64,000 bases of DNA from an uncultured Gemmatimonadales bacterium. Lineage in GTDB: Bacteria > Gemmatimonadota > Gemmatimonadetes > Gemmatimonadales > GWC2-71-9. Location: the NCBI GenBank assembly GCA_963844035.1, contig CAWJMT010000004.1, positions 352,001 through 416,000 of the forward strand. Direction: 5' to 3'. Under the pieces are notes generated by a model that searched no databases, had not been told where the DNA came from, and was given only the letters and a program-made list of their open reading frames with translations. Both the position numbers and the translations under genes were made by a program. Shown here piece by piece: positions 37,391 to 47,452 of this stretch (the stretch's first letter is position 1; the number at the start of each line of letters is the position of its first letter).

Positions 37391-38128
37391 CTATCGCGAC
37401 TCGACCGCCCGCCGCAGTGCCTCGATCTCGTGCCGCAACTTCGTCAGCGCGTCTTCCTGCCGGCGATTGGTGGGCCCCAGGAGCCACGTCGTGACGAACC
37501 CCGACAGGGTTCCGAACAGGCCTATCCCTGCGATCATGAGCAGCCCAGCGAGCATGCGCCCTTCGGGTGTTACCGGAAAGCGATCGCCGTAAGCGACGGT
37601 CGTGATGGTGGCCAGAGCCCACCAGAGCGCATCACCGGGCCCATTGATGTTGCCAACCGGCGGCCGTTCGATGTGCATGATCCCGATCGCTGCCGAGACG
37701 GTCACCAGCACTGACACGAGGCACACTGCGAGAGCCGCGCTCTCGGCCCGGCGATCGAGGATCATTGACGCGATCACCTTCGTAGCGCGAACGCTGCGCA
37801 TCACGCGCAGGATCCGAAACACTCGCGCGATGCGGCCTAACCGCAGGAAGCCAACCCAGCCGAAGACGTTGATCGTCGGAACGCTCGACACGAGGTCGAT
37901 CCAGCCCCAGGTCACGACGTAGCCCCAGCGGTTCTCCGCCTTGACGAGGTTGAACACGAAGTCGAACAGGAAGACAGCGCAGATGGCTGTGTCCACCCAG
38001 CCCAGCACCTGGCGGGTGTCTGGGTCCAACTGAACCACGACCTCGACCGCGAGAGCCGCGAGCGAGTACAGGCTCAGCCCGAGGATCACAAACTCGTAGG
38101 CGTTCAGGTCGGCGTGGCGCTTGTTCAT
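37391..38128 (-). CDS. Ion transporter / voltage-gated K+ channel-like protein
   Basis: S4-like LRLGRIARVFRILRVMR; pore DALWWALATITTVAYGDRFP. Confidence 0.9.
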   Translation of the reverse strand: MNKRHADLNAYEFVILGLSLYSLAALAVEVVVQLDPDTRQVLGWVDTAICAVFLFDFVFNLVKAENRWGYVVTWGWIDLVSSVPTINVFGWVGFLRLGRIARVFRILRVMRSVRATKVIASMILDRRAESAALAVCLVSVLVTVSAAIGIMHIERPPVGNINGPGDALWWALATITTVAYGDRFPVTPEGRMLAGLLMIAGIGLFGTLSGFVTTWLLGPTNRRQEDALTKLRHEIEALRRAVESR

Positions 38129-38160
38129 GGGGTGCCCTTAGGGTGAGCGGTGCGAATCAA

Positions 38161-38255
38161 ACTAGGCGCATAGACGCATAGACGCATAGGCACGCATAGA
38201 CGCGTAGGGACCGCCCGACCACCGCTTCGTCCAGCCCGGGGGTGAACCCACCCGG
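38161..38255. repeat. GACGCATA-type short tandem repeat plus REP-like CCCGGGGGTGAACCCACC element
   Basis: ACTAGGCGCATAGACGCATAGACGCATAGG...; related copy at 38631-38716. Confidence 0.65.
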
Positions 38256-38403
38256 ATTTTGTTGCGTGGGAAGGATCCGCTTCGCGCGCATTTCATCACC
38301 TGGATGACGCCGGGTGCGCACACAATGATCCCGCGGCTCGGTAGCACTTGTTGGGTGTCACGTCATGGCGCTTAGGCCATACCAAGGTCCGCAACCGCTC
38401 GGT

Positions 38404-38487
38404 GCCGGCGTGGCGGAATTGGTAGACGCGGATGCCCCACAAGCATCTGGGCGAAAGCCCGTGCGGGTTCGAATCCCGCCGCCGGCA
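38404..38487 (+). tRNA. Type II tRNA with tRNA-Leu body and CAC (Val) anticodon; C at position 33; CCA not encoded
   Basis: Acceptor GCCGGCG/CGCCGGC, D arm GCGGAAUUGGUAGACGC, anticodon arm GAUGC-CCCACAA-GCAUC, V arm GGGC-GAAA-GCCC, T arm GCGGG-UUCGAAU-CCCGC, A73. Confidence 0.85.
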
Positions 38488-38501
38488 CGGCCGTGCATCC
38501 C

Positions 38502-38530
38502 TTGTTCGAAGGAATGGGCGGCAGTATTTT
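38502..38530 (+). promoter_or_regulatory. Putative sigma70-like promoter of antisense sRNA 1
   Basis: TTGTTC-17nt-TATTTT, then 6 nt to the first complementary base (38537). Confidence 0.6.
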
Positions 38531-38536
38531 TGAGGC

Positions 38537-38610
38537 GCTTGTGGGGCATCCGCGTAGCCGATTTCGCTACGCCAAGAAAGCCGGGGGTGTAACCTCCGGC
38601 TTTCGCTTTT
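38537..38610 (+). ncRNA. Putative antisense sRNA against tRNA 38404-38487
   Basis: 38537-38555 is the exact reverse complement of 38426-38444; 38561-38573 pairs with 38407-38419 (2 G-U); ends in a GC hairpin plus U tract. Confidence 0.7.
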
Positions 38611-38630
38611 CCGGTTCAGCGTCGTGCCCT

Positions 38631-38716
38631 TACCCCGGGGTGCCGCCCCGGGGTGAACCCACCATCCTACTAGGCGCACAGGCGCAAAGACGCATAGGCG
38701 CATAGGACCGCCGACG
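38631..38716. repeat. REP-like palindrome plus GCGCATAG-type tandem repeat
   Basis: CCCCGGGG...CCCCGGGGTGAACCCACC followed by ACTAGGCGCACAGGCGCAAAGACGCATAGG. Confidence 0.6.
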
Positions 38717-38780
38717 CGCGGGCGGCGCGGCCGCCAGCGGTCCCCCTCCCCCCTCCCGCGTCCCTGCCGTACTCTTTTCC

Positions 38781-39266
38781 ATGCCCGCCTCCCTCCCCGC
38801 CCCCGGTGACCGCGTCCGCTCGCTCTGGCGCCGGCTTTCTCCGCTCCCCGGCGGCAAGACGCTGTTCAGTCTTTTGTTCGGCCGGATGGCGCCCTACACC
38901 GGGAAACTGGGCGCGCGGGTCGAGACCCTCGAGCCCGGGTTCTGCCGCGTGACCCTGCGCGACCGCCGCAGCGTGCGAAACCACCTCAATTCGATCCACG
39001 CGATGGCGCTCGCGAATCTTGCGGAGGCAGCGAGCGGGCTCGCCGTGGTCGCCGCGCTCCCGCCGGGCGTCCAGGGGATCGTCACCGGGTTCGCGATCAC
39101 CTATCAGAAGAAGGCGCGCGGCCAGCTGACGGCGGAATGTCGCGTGGACGTGGGAGCGGTGACGGCCGAGCGCGAGCAGCTGGCACAAGTTGCGATCAGC
39201 GACCCCGCTGGGGACGTGGTGGCACGAGCGACGGCCACCTGGCGCCTCCGGCCCCCGCGCGCATGA
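38781..39266 (+). CDS. Hotdog-fold thioesterase-like protein (DUF4442-like)
   Basis: APYTG, VRNHLNSIHAMALANLAE, YQKKARG. Confidence 0.88.
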   Translation: MPASLPAPGDRVRSLWRRLSPLPGGKTLFSLLFGRMAPYTGKLGARVETLEPGFCRVTLRDRRSVRNHLNSIHAMALANLAEAASGLAVVAALPPGVQGIVTGFAITYQKKARGQLTAECRVDVGAVTAEREQLAQVAISDPAGDVVARATATWRLRPPRA

Positions 39267-40297
39267 CCGCCCGACCGCCGCAGTTGTCTCTTGACCGCCC
39301 GACCGCCGCCTTGGGCGCCGCCCTCACGGACCAGCTCCGCATCCAAGTCCCCCTCATTTGCGGTGCCATGTACCCCTGCTCCAACCCCGAGCTCGTCGCG
39401 GCGGTCTCGGCCGCGGGCGGGATCGGGGTGGTGCAGCCGCTCTCGATGATCTACGTCTACCGCCACGACTTCCGTGCCGGACTGAAGCTCATCCGCCGCC
39501 TCACCGACAAACCGATCGGCATGAACGTACTGATCGAGCGCAGCTCGAAGCTGTACCTCGAGCGGATGTCGCGCTGGGTGGACATAGCATTGGAGGAGGG
39601 CGTCCGCTTCTTCGTGACCTCGCTCGGCAACCCGCGCTGGGTGGTAGAGCGCGTGGGACCGGTGGGGGGCGTGGTGTACCACGACGTGACCGAGCGGAAG
39701 TGGGCCGAGAAAGGCCTGGCGGGCGGGGTGCACGGCCTGATCGCCGTGAACGACCGCGCGGGCGGACATGCCGGCGGACTGAGCGCCGCGGCGCTGCTCG
39801 ATGAGTTGCGCGACCTGAACGTCCCCGTCGTCTGCGCGGGCGGCATCGGCGACGAGGCCGACTTCGTCGCCGCCCTGAAGCTCGGCTACGCCGGGGTCCA
39901 AATGGGGACCCGCTTTATCGCCACCACCGAATGCGGCGCGCACGACGACTACAAGCAGGCCATCGTCGCCGCGTCGGAGAGCGATATCGTGCACACCGAG
40001 CGCGTCACCGGCGTCCCACTCGCGGTGATCCGCACGCCCTACGTGGAGCGCGTCGGCACCCGCGCCGGCCCGATCGCCCGCTGGATGCTCCGCGGCCGCA
40101 ACACCAAGCACCTCATGCGCACCATCTACGCGCTGCGCTCGGTGTGGCAGCTCAAGCGCGCGTCCCTCGCCGGCGGCGCGCGCGAAGCAAGCTCGAAGGA
40201 CTATTGGCAGGCAGGGAAGAGCGTCGCAGGAATTGAGAGCATCGAGCCCGCCGGTGATATCGTGCGCAGGTTTGCGGAGGCGGCGCTTACCACGTAA
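39263..40297 (+). CDS. Nitronate monooxygenase family flavin oxidoreductase
   Basis: CGAMYPCSNPELVAAVS..GGIG, AGGH, AGGI, GVQMGTRFIAT, WQAGKSV. Confidence 0.92.
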   Translation: MTARPPQLSLDRPTAALGAALTDQLRIQVPLICGAMYPCSNPELVAAVSAAGGIGVVQPLSMIYVYRHDFRAGLKLIRRLTDKPIGMNVLIERSSKLYLERMSRWVDIALEEGVRFFVTSLGNPRWVVERVGPVGGVVYHDVTERKWAEKGLAGGVHGLIAVNDRAGGHAGGLSAAALLDELRDLNVPVVCAGGIGDEADFVAALKLGYAGVQMGTRFIATTECGAHDDYKQAIVAASESDIVHTERVTGVPLAVIRTPYVERVGTRAGPIARWMLRGRNTKHLMRTIYALRSVWQLKRASLAGGAREASSKDYWQAGKSVAGIESIEPAGDIVRRFAEAALTT

Positions 40298-40351
40298 CCA
40301 TCTGCCCGCCTGCCCGCCCTCCCGCCTTCCCGCCCTCTTACATTTCCGCCC

Positions 40352-41366
40352 ATGCAACCATCCACATCCGTCGTCACCATTGAACGCTTCATCCTCGACC
40401 AGGAACGTCGCTCCCCCAGCGCGCACAGCGGCCTGGCGGATCTGCTCTACGATCTCGCCCTCGCCGCCAAGATCATCTCCCGCCAGGTGCGACGCGCCGG
40501 GCTCACCGACATCTTGGGCGCCGCCGGGACGAGCAATTCCTCGGGCGAGCAGCAGCACATGCTCGACCTGTTCGCGCGCGATGCGATCCACAGCGCCGTC
40601 CAGTACTCCGGCTGCCTCTGCATGATGGCCTCGGAAGAAGACGAGGACCCGATCCACCTGCCGCCCGACGCCGAGGTCGGGGACTACGTCCTGTTGCACG
40701 ACCCGCTCGACGGGTCGTCCAACATCGACGTGAACGTCTCCACCGGAACGATCTTCTCGGTCCATCGGCGCGTGACCGCACCTGCCGAGCAGCCGTCGCT
40801 CGCCGACTGTCTCCAGGTGGGCCGTCGTCAGGTGGCGGCGGGATACATCCTGTACGGGTCGAGCACGATGATGGTCTACACGACCGGTCAGGGCGTGCAT
40901 GGGTTCACGCTCGACCCGACCATCGGCGAGTTCCTGCTCTCGCTTCCCAACATGAAGACGCCAACGGTGGGCAAGTACTACAGCATCAACGAGAGTTACC
41001 GCGATCGCTGGACCCCGGGGGTGCAGCACGCGGTGACCGCGTTTCGGAACGGCGAAGGCAAAGTGAAGCCGAAGGGGGCACGCTACATCGGTTCGCTGGT
41101 GGCGGACCTGCACCGCAACCTCATCACCGGCGGCGTGTTTCTCTATCCGGCGGACAGCAGCTCGCCACAAGGCAAGCTGCGGCTCATGTACGAGGCGGCG
41201 CCGCTCGCGATGGTCGTAGAGCAAGCGGGCGGAGCGGCGACCGATGGACGGGGCCCGATCCTCGATCTTGTCCCCAAGCGCCTGCATCAACGCACGCCGC
41301 TCGTGATCGGCAGCAAGGCGAGATGTGGCGTTCGTAACGGAAATCATGTCCGCGGAGCCAAGATGA
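40352..41366 (+). CDS. fbp: Class 1 fructose-1,6-bisphosphatase (probable frameshift near 41320)
   Basis: [36 protein letters not shown]. Confidence 0.95.
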
Positions 41367-41512
41367 CCAGGAACAGCGGTGGAAATCCCGACCCGATGGC
41401 GCAGCACAGCGTGGCGATGCCGCTGGTGGAGTAGCGCGCCTTCACGCGGACTTCACCGTGTCTTGGGCCGCCCGGGGCAAGGTTGGGGTAGTCACTTCAG
41501 CCGGAGACCGAG

Positions 41513-42181
41513 ATGCCCCTTACCACGAAGCGAACCCGCAGCGCACGCACGGGTGCTGCGCGGGCCCGCACCCCCGCCCTGCCGATGCCGGCCGCATTGT
41601 ACGACGCGACGGAGACCGCCGACATCGTCACCATTCCAGCCCGAACGGTCCTCGCGATCGCGAACCACGGCGCACCCGAGTCGAAGCTGTTCGAGCAAAG
41701 CGTGGGCGCGGTGTACGGGTTGGCGTATACGCTCAAGTTCGCCCGCAAGAAGGCAGGCGGGCGGGACTTCAAGATCGGCCCGCTGGAAGGGCGTTGGTGG
41801 GCCGCCGATCTCACCCGCCGCTTGGTGGACGTTCCGCGCGACGAGTGGCATTGGGAGCTGCGGCTTGCGCTCCCCGATGACGCCACGCCGGCGGAGCTCG
41901 CGGCCGTGATCGAAGCGGCCACGACCAAGAAGGGCGGCAAGCTCGAAGGGAGCGCCGCCGCGCGCCAGGCGAAGCTCGAACACCTCCCGGCAGCTCGATA
42001 CGGCCGCGTGCTGCACGTGGGACCGTACAAGGAGGAGGGGCGGAGCTTCGGCAGGATAATCGAGGTGTTGCAGGCCGCAGGGCTGACTCCGCGCAACCGC
42101 CATCTCGAGGTGTACCTCAACGACCCCAGGCGCACCAAACCTGAGCGCGTGAAGACGGTGGTGCTGCTCGAGATCGACTAG
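41513..42181 (+). CDS. GyrI-like small-molecule-binding domain protein
   Basis: AYTLKF, PLEGRWW, HVGPY..E, HLEVYLNDPRRT. Confidence 0.88.
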   Translation: MPLTTKRTRSARTGAARARTPALPMPAALYDATETADIVTIPARTVLAIANHGAPESKLFEQSVGAVYGLAYTLKFARKKAGGRDFKIGPLEGRWWAADLTRRLVDVPRDEWHWELRLALPDDATPAELAAVIEAATTKKGGKLEGSAAARQAKLEHLPAARYGRVLHVGPYKEEGRSFGRIIEVLQAAGLTPRNRHLEVYLNDPRRTKPERVKTVVLLEID

Positions 42182-42247
42182 CCGCGCGCGGATTGACCCC
42201 GGGGCGATGCCCCGGGGTCAGGGCCGAGGGTCGGGGGTGCCCCGGGG

Positions 42248-43373
42248 TCAGGGCACCTTCACCAGGCAACACCCGACCGGACACACATCCTGCCACGCCC
42301 CCATCGTGCCCAGCGCCTCGCGCTTACGCCGCTCGGTCATCCGCTCGACGATCAGGTCGCGGATCATCCGCACGAACGCCGGCGCCGTGCCCACCGTCGC
42401 GGCCCGCACCATGTACAAGCCCAACTCGGCCGCCGTGTCCTTCGCCTCGTGGTCCAGGTCGAACAGCACTTCCATGTGATCGGAGATGAAGCCCGATCGG
42501 CGCGAGCACCACGTCCTTTGCGCCGGCCGCCGCTATTTCCTTGAGGTAGTCCAAGACGTCGGGGCCGAGCCACGGCATGTGGGGCGCGCCGCTGCGGCTC
42601 TGGTACACCAGGTCCCACGCTTTCCGGCCCGCGCCTTCCGCGACGAGCCGGCATGCCTCGGCGAGCTGCACCTCGTACGCGCTCCCCTTGGCCATCGTGG
42701 CCGGAATCGAGTGGGCCGTGAATGCCACGCGGGCCGCGGGCCGCCGCGCCGCGGGAATCTGCTCGAGCGCCGCTTTCAGGTTCGCGATGCTGGGCTCGAT
42801 GAAGCCGGGGTGGTTGAAGAACACCCGGATCTTGTCGATCTCGGGCGCGCCCGGGACCGCGTCGAGCGCGCGGATGATGTCCTCGCGGTACTGCCGGCAC
42901 CCCGAGTAGGTGCTGAACCCCGACGTGACGAACGCGATCGCCCGCTTGACGCCTGCGTCGCGCATCTCGCGCACCGTGTCGGTGATGAACGGCTGCCAGT
43001 TGCGGTTGCCGAAATAGACCGGCAGGTGCGGACCGTTGGCCTTGAGCTCGGCTTCCAACGCGCGAATCAACGCGCGATTCTGGGCGTTGATCGGGCTCAC
43101 CCCGCCGAACTGGTCGTAATGGTGCGCCACCTCCAGCAGCCGCTCGCGGGGAATGTTGCGGCCCTGGGTGACGCGCTCGAGAAACGGCATCACGTCGGCC
43201 GGCCCCTCGGGGCCGCCGAACGACATCACGAGCACCGCGTCGTATTCCCTCGCGATGTCGTCAAACCGTGATGCATCGGGGGTCAGGGCCCCACGTACCG
43301 TCATGTCCGCCTCGGCTCCGCGCTTGGGAGCAGGGAATCTAGTCGGGGACGGAAGTCGTTCCGTAACCTCCAC
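42248..43373 (-). CDS. hemH: Ferrochelatase (frameshift near 42490)
   Basis: SFGGPEG, GGVSPIN, GNRNW, FTAHSIP, YQSRSG...WLGPD, SDHMEVLFDLD. Confidence 0.93.
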
Positions 43374-43546
43374 CGCGCCGCCGTGCGCGAGTGAACTCGC
43401 GGCTCGGCATCTGCCCGTAAACGGGCCGGGCCGTACCCGCTTTAGCGGGAGATGCCGAGCCGCGGCTTTAGCCGCGCGCCGGCGCGAGGAAACGCAGGCC
43501 TCACGCCGTTCGCGGCACCGCCCGGGAAACCCACGCTACTGCACCA

Positions 43547-43580
43547 TTGACATATGCCGATATGGGAATATCTTTCACCC
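43547..43580 (+). promoter_or_regulatory. sigma70 promoter of a probably leaderless arsR transcript with overlapping imperfect palindrome
   Basis: TTGACA-16nt-TATCTT-6nt-ATG(43581); ATATGCC...GGAATAT dyad in the spacer. Confidence 0.65.
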
Positions 43581-43934
43581 ATGGCACGAGCCGCCACGAC
43601 GTCCGACGCCTTCAACGCGATCGCCGAGCCGCAACGCCGGCGGATCCTGATGCTCCTCAAGGGGCGCGAGCGACCGGTGAACGATCTGGCGCGCGCGCTG
43701 CGCGTCACTCAGCCTAGGGTCTCCAAGCACCTCCGCGTGCTGCGCGAAGTCGGCCTGGTGCGGGTGCGGGAGGCGGGACAGCAGCGTCTCTACGCGCTCG
43801 ACGCGCGCGGGCTGAAGCCGATCCACACGTGGGCCGGGGGCTTCGAGCGGTTCTGGAACGAAAGCTTCGATCGTCTCAATGAGTACGTGAAACAACTCGG
43901 GAGGCAGGACAAGACTCATGGCCAGAGCAACTGA
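43581..43934 (+). CDS. ArsR/SmtB family transcription factor
   Basis: FNAIAEPQRRRIL, VSKHLRVLREVGLV. Confidence 0.93.
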   Translation: MARAATTSDAFNAIAEPQRRRILMLLKGRERPVNDLARALRVTQPRVSKHLRVLREVGLVRVREAGQQRLYALDARGLKPIHTWAGGFERFWNESFDRLNEYVKQLGRQDKTHGQSN

Positions 43935-44400
43935 CTCGGCGACGGACCGGGAGGTCGTCGTCGCGCGCACCATTGAGGGCCCCAGGCCCTTGGTGTTCGA
44001 GGCGTTCAGCGACGTGAAGCACCTCGCGCACTGGTTCGGCCCCAACGGCTTCACCACCACAACCCATCGGTTCGAATTTCGACTGGGTGGCGTGTGGGAC
44101 TACATAATGCACGGCCCTGACGGTACCGACTATCCCAACTACGTCGTGTACCGCGAGATCGTGCCCCCCGAGCGGATCGTCTTCGACCACGGCTCGCGCG
44201 CCGACGACCCGAAGTCATTCGTCTCAACCGTCACCTTCGTCGAACGCGGCCCCGCTACCGAGGTCACGATGCGCGCCGTATTCAAGACCAAGGCGATGCG
44301 CGACGAGGTGGTCGACCGATTTGGCGCCATCGAAGGCGGCAAGCAGACGCTGGGGCGCCTCGCCGGCTACATCGCAACTTTGAAAGCAGGAGGGAAATGA
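43918..44400 (+). CDS. SRPBCC (AHSA1-like) domain protein
   Basis: WFGPNGF, GGVWDYIMHGPDG, PPERIVF. Confidence 0.92.
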   Translation: MARATDSATDREVVVARTIEGPRPLVFEAFSDVKHLAHWFGPNGFTTTTHRFEFRLGGVWDYIMHGPDGTDYPNYVVYREIVPPERIVFDHGSRADDPKSFVSTVTFVERGPATEVTMRAVFKTKAMRDEVVDRFGAIEGGKQTLGRLAGYIATLKAGGK

Positions 44401-44963
44401 ACATGCGGCGCCTCATCATGTGGAACTTGCAGACGCTCGACGGCTACTTCGACGGCGCGAAACCCTGGGACCTCGCCTTCCACGAGACCGCGTGGGGCCC
44501 CGAGTTGGAGCAGCTCTCAATGGAACAGGGCAAGGCGATCGGGACGCTGCTGTACGGCCGCGCCACCTACCTGGGGATGGCCGATTACTGGTCGAAGGCC
44601 GAGGGCCCGATCGCCGAGTGGATGAACGCCGTGCCGAAGATCGTGTTCTCGAAGACGCTGTCTGAGGCCACGTGGAATAACACGCGGCTGGTGCGCAGCG
44701 ATGCGGTTGAAGAGGTCAAGCGACTCAAACGCGAGCCCGGCAAGGATCTGTTCGTGTTCGGCAGCGCTGGGCTGTCGGACGCGCTCGTGCGCGCGGGCTT
44801 GTTCGACGAGTACCGCATCTGCCTGGCGCCGATCGTGCTCGGAACCGGCGTCCCGCTCTTCAAGCCGGCGAGTGAGAGCCATCGCCTCAAGCTGCTCGAG
44901 GCGCGAGCGCTCGCGACGGGGGGCGTCATCCTGCGGTACGCGCCGTTCGAGGCGGCGGCCTAG
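44397..44963 (+). CDS. Dihydrofolate reductase-like (RibD C-terminal) family protein
   Basis: TLDGYF, GRATY, PKIVFSKTL, GSAGL, DEYRI..APIVLG.G.PLF. Confidence 0.92.
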   Translation: MNMRRLIMWNLQTLDGYFDGAKPWDLAFHETAWGPELEQLSMEQGKAIGTLLYGRATYLGMADYWSKAEGPIAEWMNAVPKIVFSKTLSEATWNNTRLVRSDAVEEVKRLKREPGKDLFVFGSAGLSDALVRAGLFDEYRICLAPIVLGTGVPLFKPASESHRLKLLEARALATGGVILRYAPFEAAA

Positions 44964-45028
44964 GGCAACGAAAAGCCCTGCAACGGATTCGTTGCAGGGC
45001 TGAATCGTCGGGGAGATGCGAGGCACGG

Positions 45029-45525
45029 TTAAGCCGCCACGGGCCGCACCACGAGAAGCTCGCTCTCGACGCGTTTGACACCAGCCACCCGACTTGCGGC
45101 CCGCTCCGCCTCGAGCTTCTCGGGCAAAGTCCTCACCGTACCAGACAGCCGCACAGTGCGAAGACGGACATCGACTTTGACGTCAGTCGCATCGAGCAGC
45201 GGGTCTCGAGCGAACTGATCGAACACATCAGCTTGCAGCTCTCGCTCAGCGACGGCGATCCCGTCGTCTTCAGCCCGCCACATCTCGATGGCGAGTCCCC
45301 GCCTCTCCGGGAGAACCGCCGGCGATCGAACGCCGCGGGGAGTCCGGCGCGCTTCTGCTTCCCGGTCTTCGCCACCAACCGGGCCGCGAACCTGCGGGCG
45401 AGGGATCGCGCACGCCCTATCACCCGGCGAACCGCCGTCCCGGACTTCCGACTTCCGCTGTTGCGCGAGCGGCCACCTGACGGCTGGCTCGCGACAAACG
45501 GCCGTGAACCTGTAGTGGTTTCCAT
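45029..45525 (-). CDS. BON domain protein (probable frameshift near 45285)
   Basis: AGGAGG RBS; C-terminal VRLSGTV...AERAASRVAGVKRVESEL. Confidence 0.7.
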
Positions 45526-45591
45526 ACTTACCTCCTGCCTGAAGGCACGTTTTGACAATGTTTGTGCCTCCACAACGCCGGCACCCTGGAA

Positions 45592-46014
45592 TCAGTTCCG
45601 CGCCTTACGGCGCTTAGCATCGAGACTCCACGGCCCCGCCCCCGCGGCGGAGAAGTAGAGCCACACGAAGCAGAACAGCGCCGCCCCCGTCCCCTGGTTC
45701 ACCACGAGCCAGGGGCTCGCGGGGTAGTGAAACTGGAAGTACGCCACGGCCATCTCGCCCGCGAGAAGAAATGCGACCGGGCGCGTGAACAGACCCACCA
45801 GCAGCAGGAGTCCCCCGACAACTTCGAGTACGCCGCCGATCCAGGCTTGAGTCATCACCGTGGCGATGGCGTTGTTCGGCGGCATCCCGATGGGCAGCCC
45901 AAAGAGCTTCATCGCTCCGAACTGAATGAACATGATGGCCCCCATGATCCGGAGGAGGCTCAGGAGCTGCGGGGCAAACGATCGCCACCGCGCGGCAACA
46001 TTGGACTCGGTCAT
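45592..46014 (-). CDS. DoxX family membrane protein
   Basis: LLRIMG, KLFG.P, GLFTRPVAFLLAGEMAVAYF, GAGPWSLD. Confidence 0.9.
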   Translation of the reverse strand: MTESNVAARWRSFAPQLLSLLRIMGAIMFIQFGAMKLFGLPIGMPPNNAIATVMTQAWIGGVLEVVGGLLLLVGLFTRPVAFLLAGEMAVAYFQFHYPASPWLVVNQGTGAALFCFVWLYFSAAGAGPWSLDAKRRKARN

Positions 46015-46064
46015 GTTCGTCGCATCCCTCGTGTGGGGAGCAGGAAAATTAGCCGGGATGCGCG

Positions 46065-47452
46065 CTACAGCAGCGTCCCCCGCAGGAGCAGCAGCGCCAC
46101 TCCGAAGTAGATGCACAGGCCCGTGACATCCACGAGGGTCGCGACGAACGGGGCCGACGCAGTCGCGGGATCGAACCCCAGCCGGCGCAGGATGAACGGC
46201 AACATGCTGCCGGTGAGCGTCCCGAACCCGACGACCCCGACCAGCGCTCCGGCACACCGTGGACGCGACCAACAGGTAGTGCGGGCCGTAGTCGGTGAAG
46301 TGCAAGTGCTGCCACAGGACGATGCGGAGAAATCCGATCCCGCCGAGGAACCCACCGAGGGCCAGGCCGGCCGCGATCTCGCGGCCCATGACCCGCCACC
46401 AGTCCCGCAGCCTGAGCTCGTGCAGCGCCAGCGCCCGGATGATCAACGACGTCGCCTGCGACCCCGAGTTGCCGCCGCTGCTGATGATCAGCGGCACGAA
46501 CAGCGCCAGCACCACCGCGCGCGCGATTTCGGCTTCGAAGAAGCCCATCGCGGTCGCTGTCAGCATCTCGCCCAGAAACAACGCCGCCAGCCAGCCGCCG
46601 CGCTTTTGCAGCATGGTTCTGAAGTTCACGTCCACGTACGACGCGCCGAGTGCCTCCGATCCGCCGAGCCGCTGGATGTCATCCGTGGCCCGCTGCTCAG
46701 CGATGTCGAGCACGTCGTCCACGGTGATGATGCCCAGCATGATACCCGTTGTTATCGGTGACGGGGAGCACGGTGCGGTCATACTTCGCGAAGGCCTTCA
46801 AAACGGTGTCACGATCGTCCGTGGCGCGCACCGACACGAACTCGGGATCTTCGATCGCCAGCACGTTCGTGTCGGCGTGCGCCAGCACCAGGTTGGCGAG
46901 CCGGACGTCCTCGATCAACTTGCCGCCGGGGTCGATGATGTACACCCAGTTGAGCGTTTCCTTGCCGCGCCCCGTTTCGCGGATTTTGTCGAGCGCGGTC
47001 GCGGCAGTCATGTCCGGATAGATCCACGCGTACTCGGGCGTCATGTAGCGGCCGGCGGTGTTTTCCGGGTACCCGAGCAGCGCGCGGGTATCCTGGAGCT
47101 GCTGCGGATCGAGCTGCAGCAGCAGCGTTCGCGTCACTTCGGCGGGCAGCTCCTCGAGCAGATGCGTGCGGTCGTCGGGAGGCATCTCGTCGAGCAGCTT
47201 CCGTACCTGCTCGTTCGACAGGGACTCGAGCAGGGTGCGCTGCTCCGCGGGAGGCAGATACGAGAACACTCGCGCTGCCTTTTCCTTGGGAAGCAGCCGG
47301 AAGATGATGCCCTCGGTTTCGGTCGGGTGGTCGATGATCACGTCCGCGACATCGGACGGGTGCAACCCTACCAATGCGTACCGCAGGTCATCCCACTGCC
47401 GCGCCGCGACCAGCTCCGCGATCACGTCTCGCTCTTCAGTCAACCGACTCAC
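46065..47452 (-). CDS. mgtE: Magnesium transporter MgtE, frameshifted
   Basis: [49 protein letters not shown]. Confidence 0.93.

Noticed and set aside
38438..38440. CAC anticodon as a sequencing error for Leu CAA/CAG
   Set aside because: Present in two diverged tRNAs and mirrored as GTG in three antisense units; the errors visible in this window are mostly indels.
38296..38705. Small peptide toxin ORFs overlapping the tRNA modules
   Set aside because: No RBS or hydrophobic toxin-like peptide conserved between copies; conservation is in RNA structure.
42195..42251. Novel ncRNA between the GyrI-like gene and hemH
   Set aside because: TGACCCCGGGG...CCCCGGGGTCA is the same REP-like palindrome seen elsewhere, probably acting as a terminator between convergent genes.
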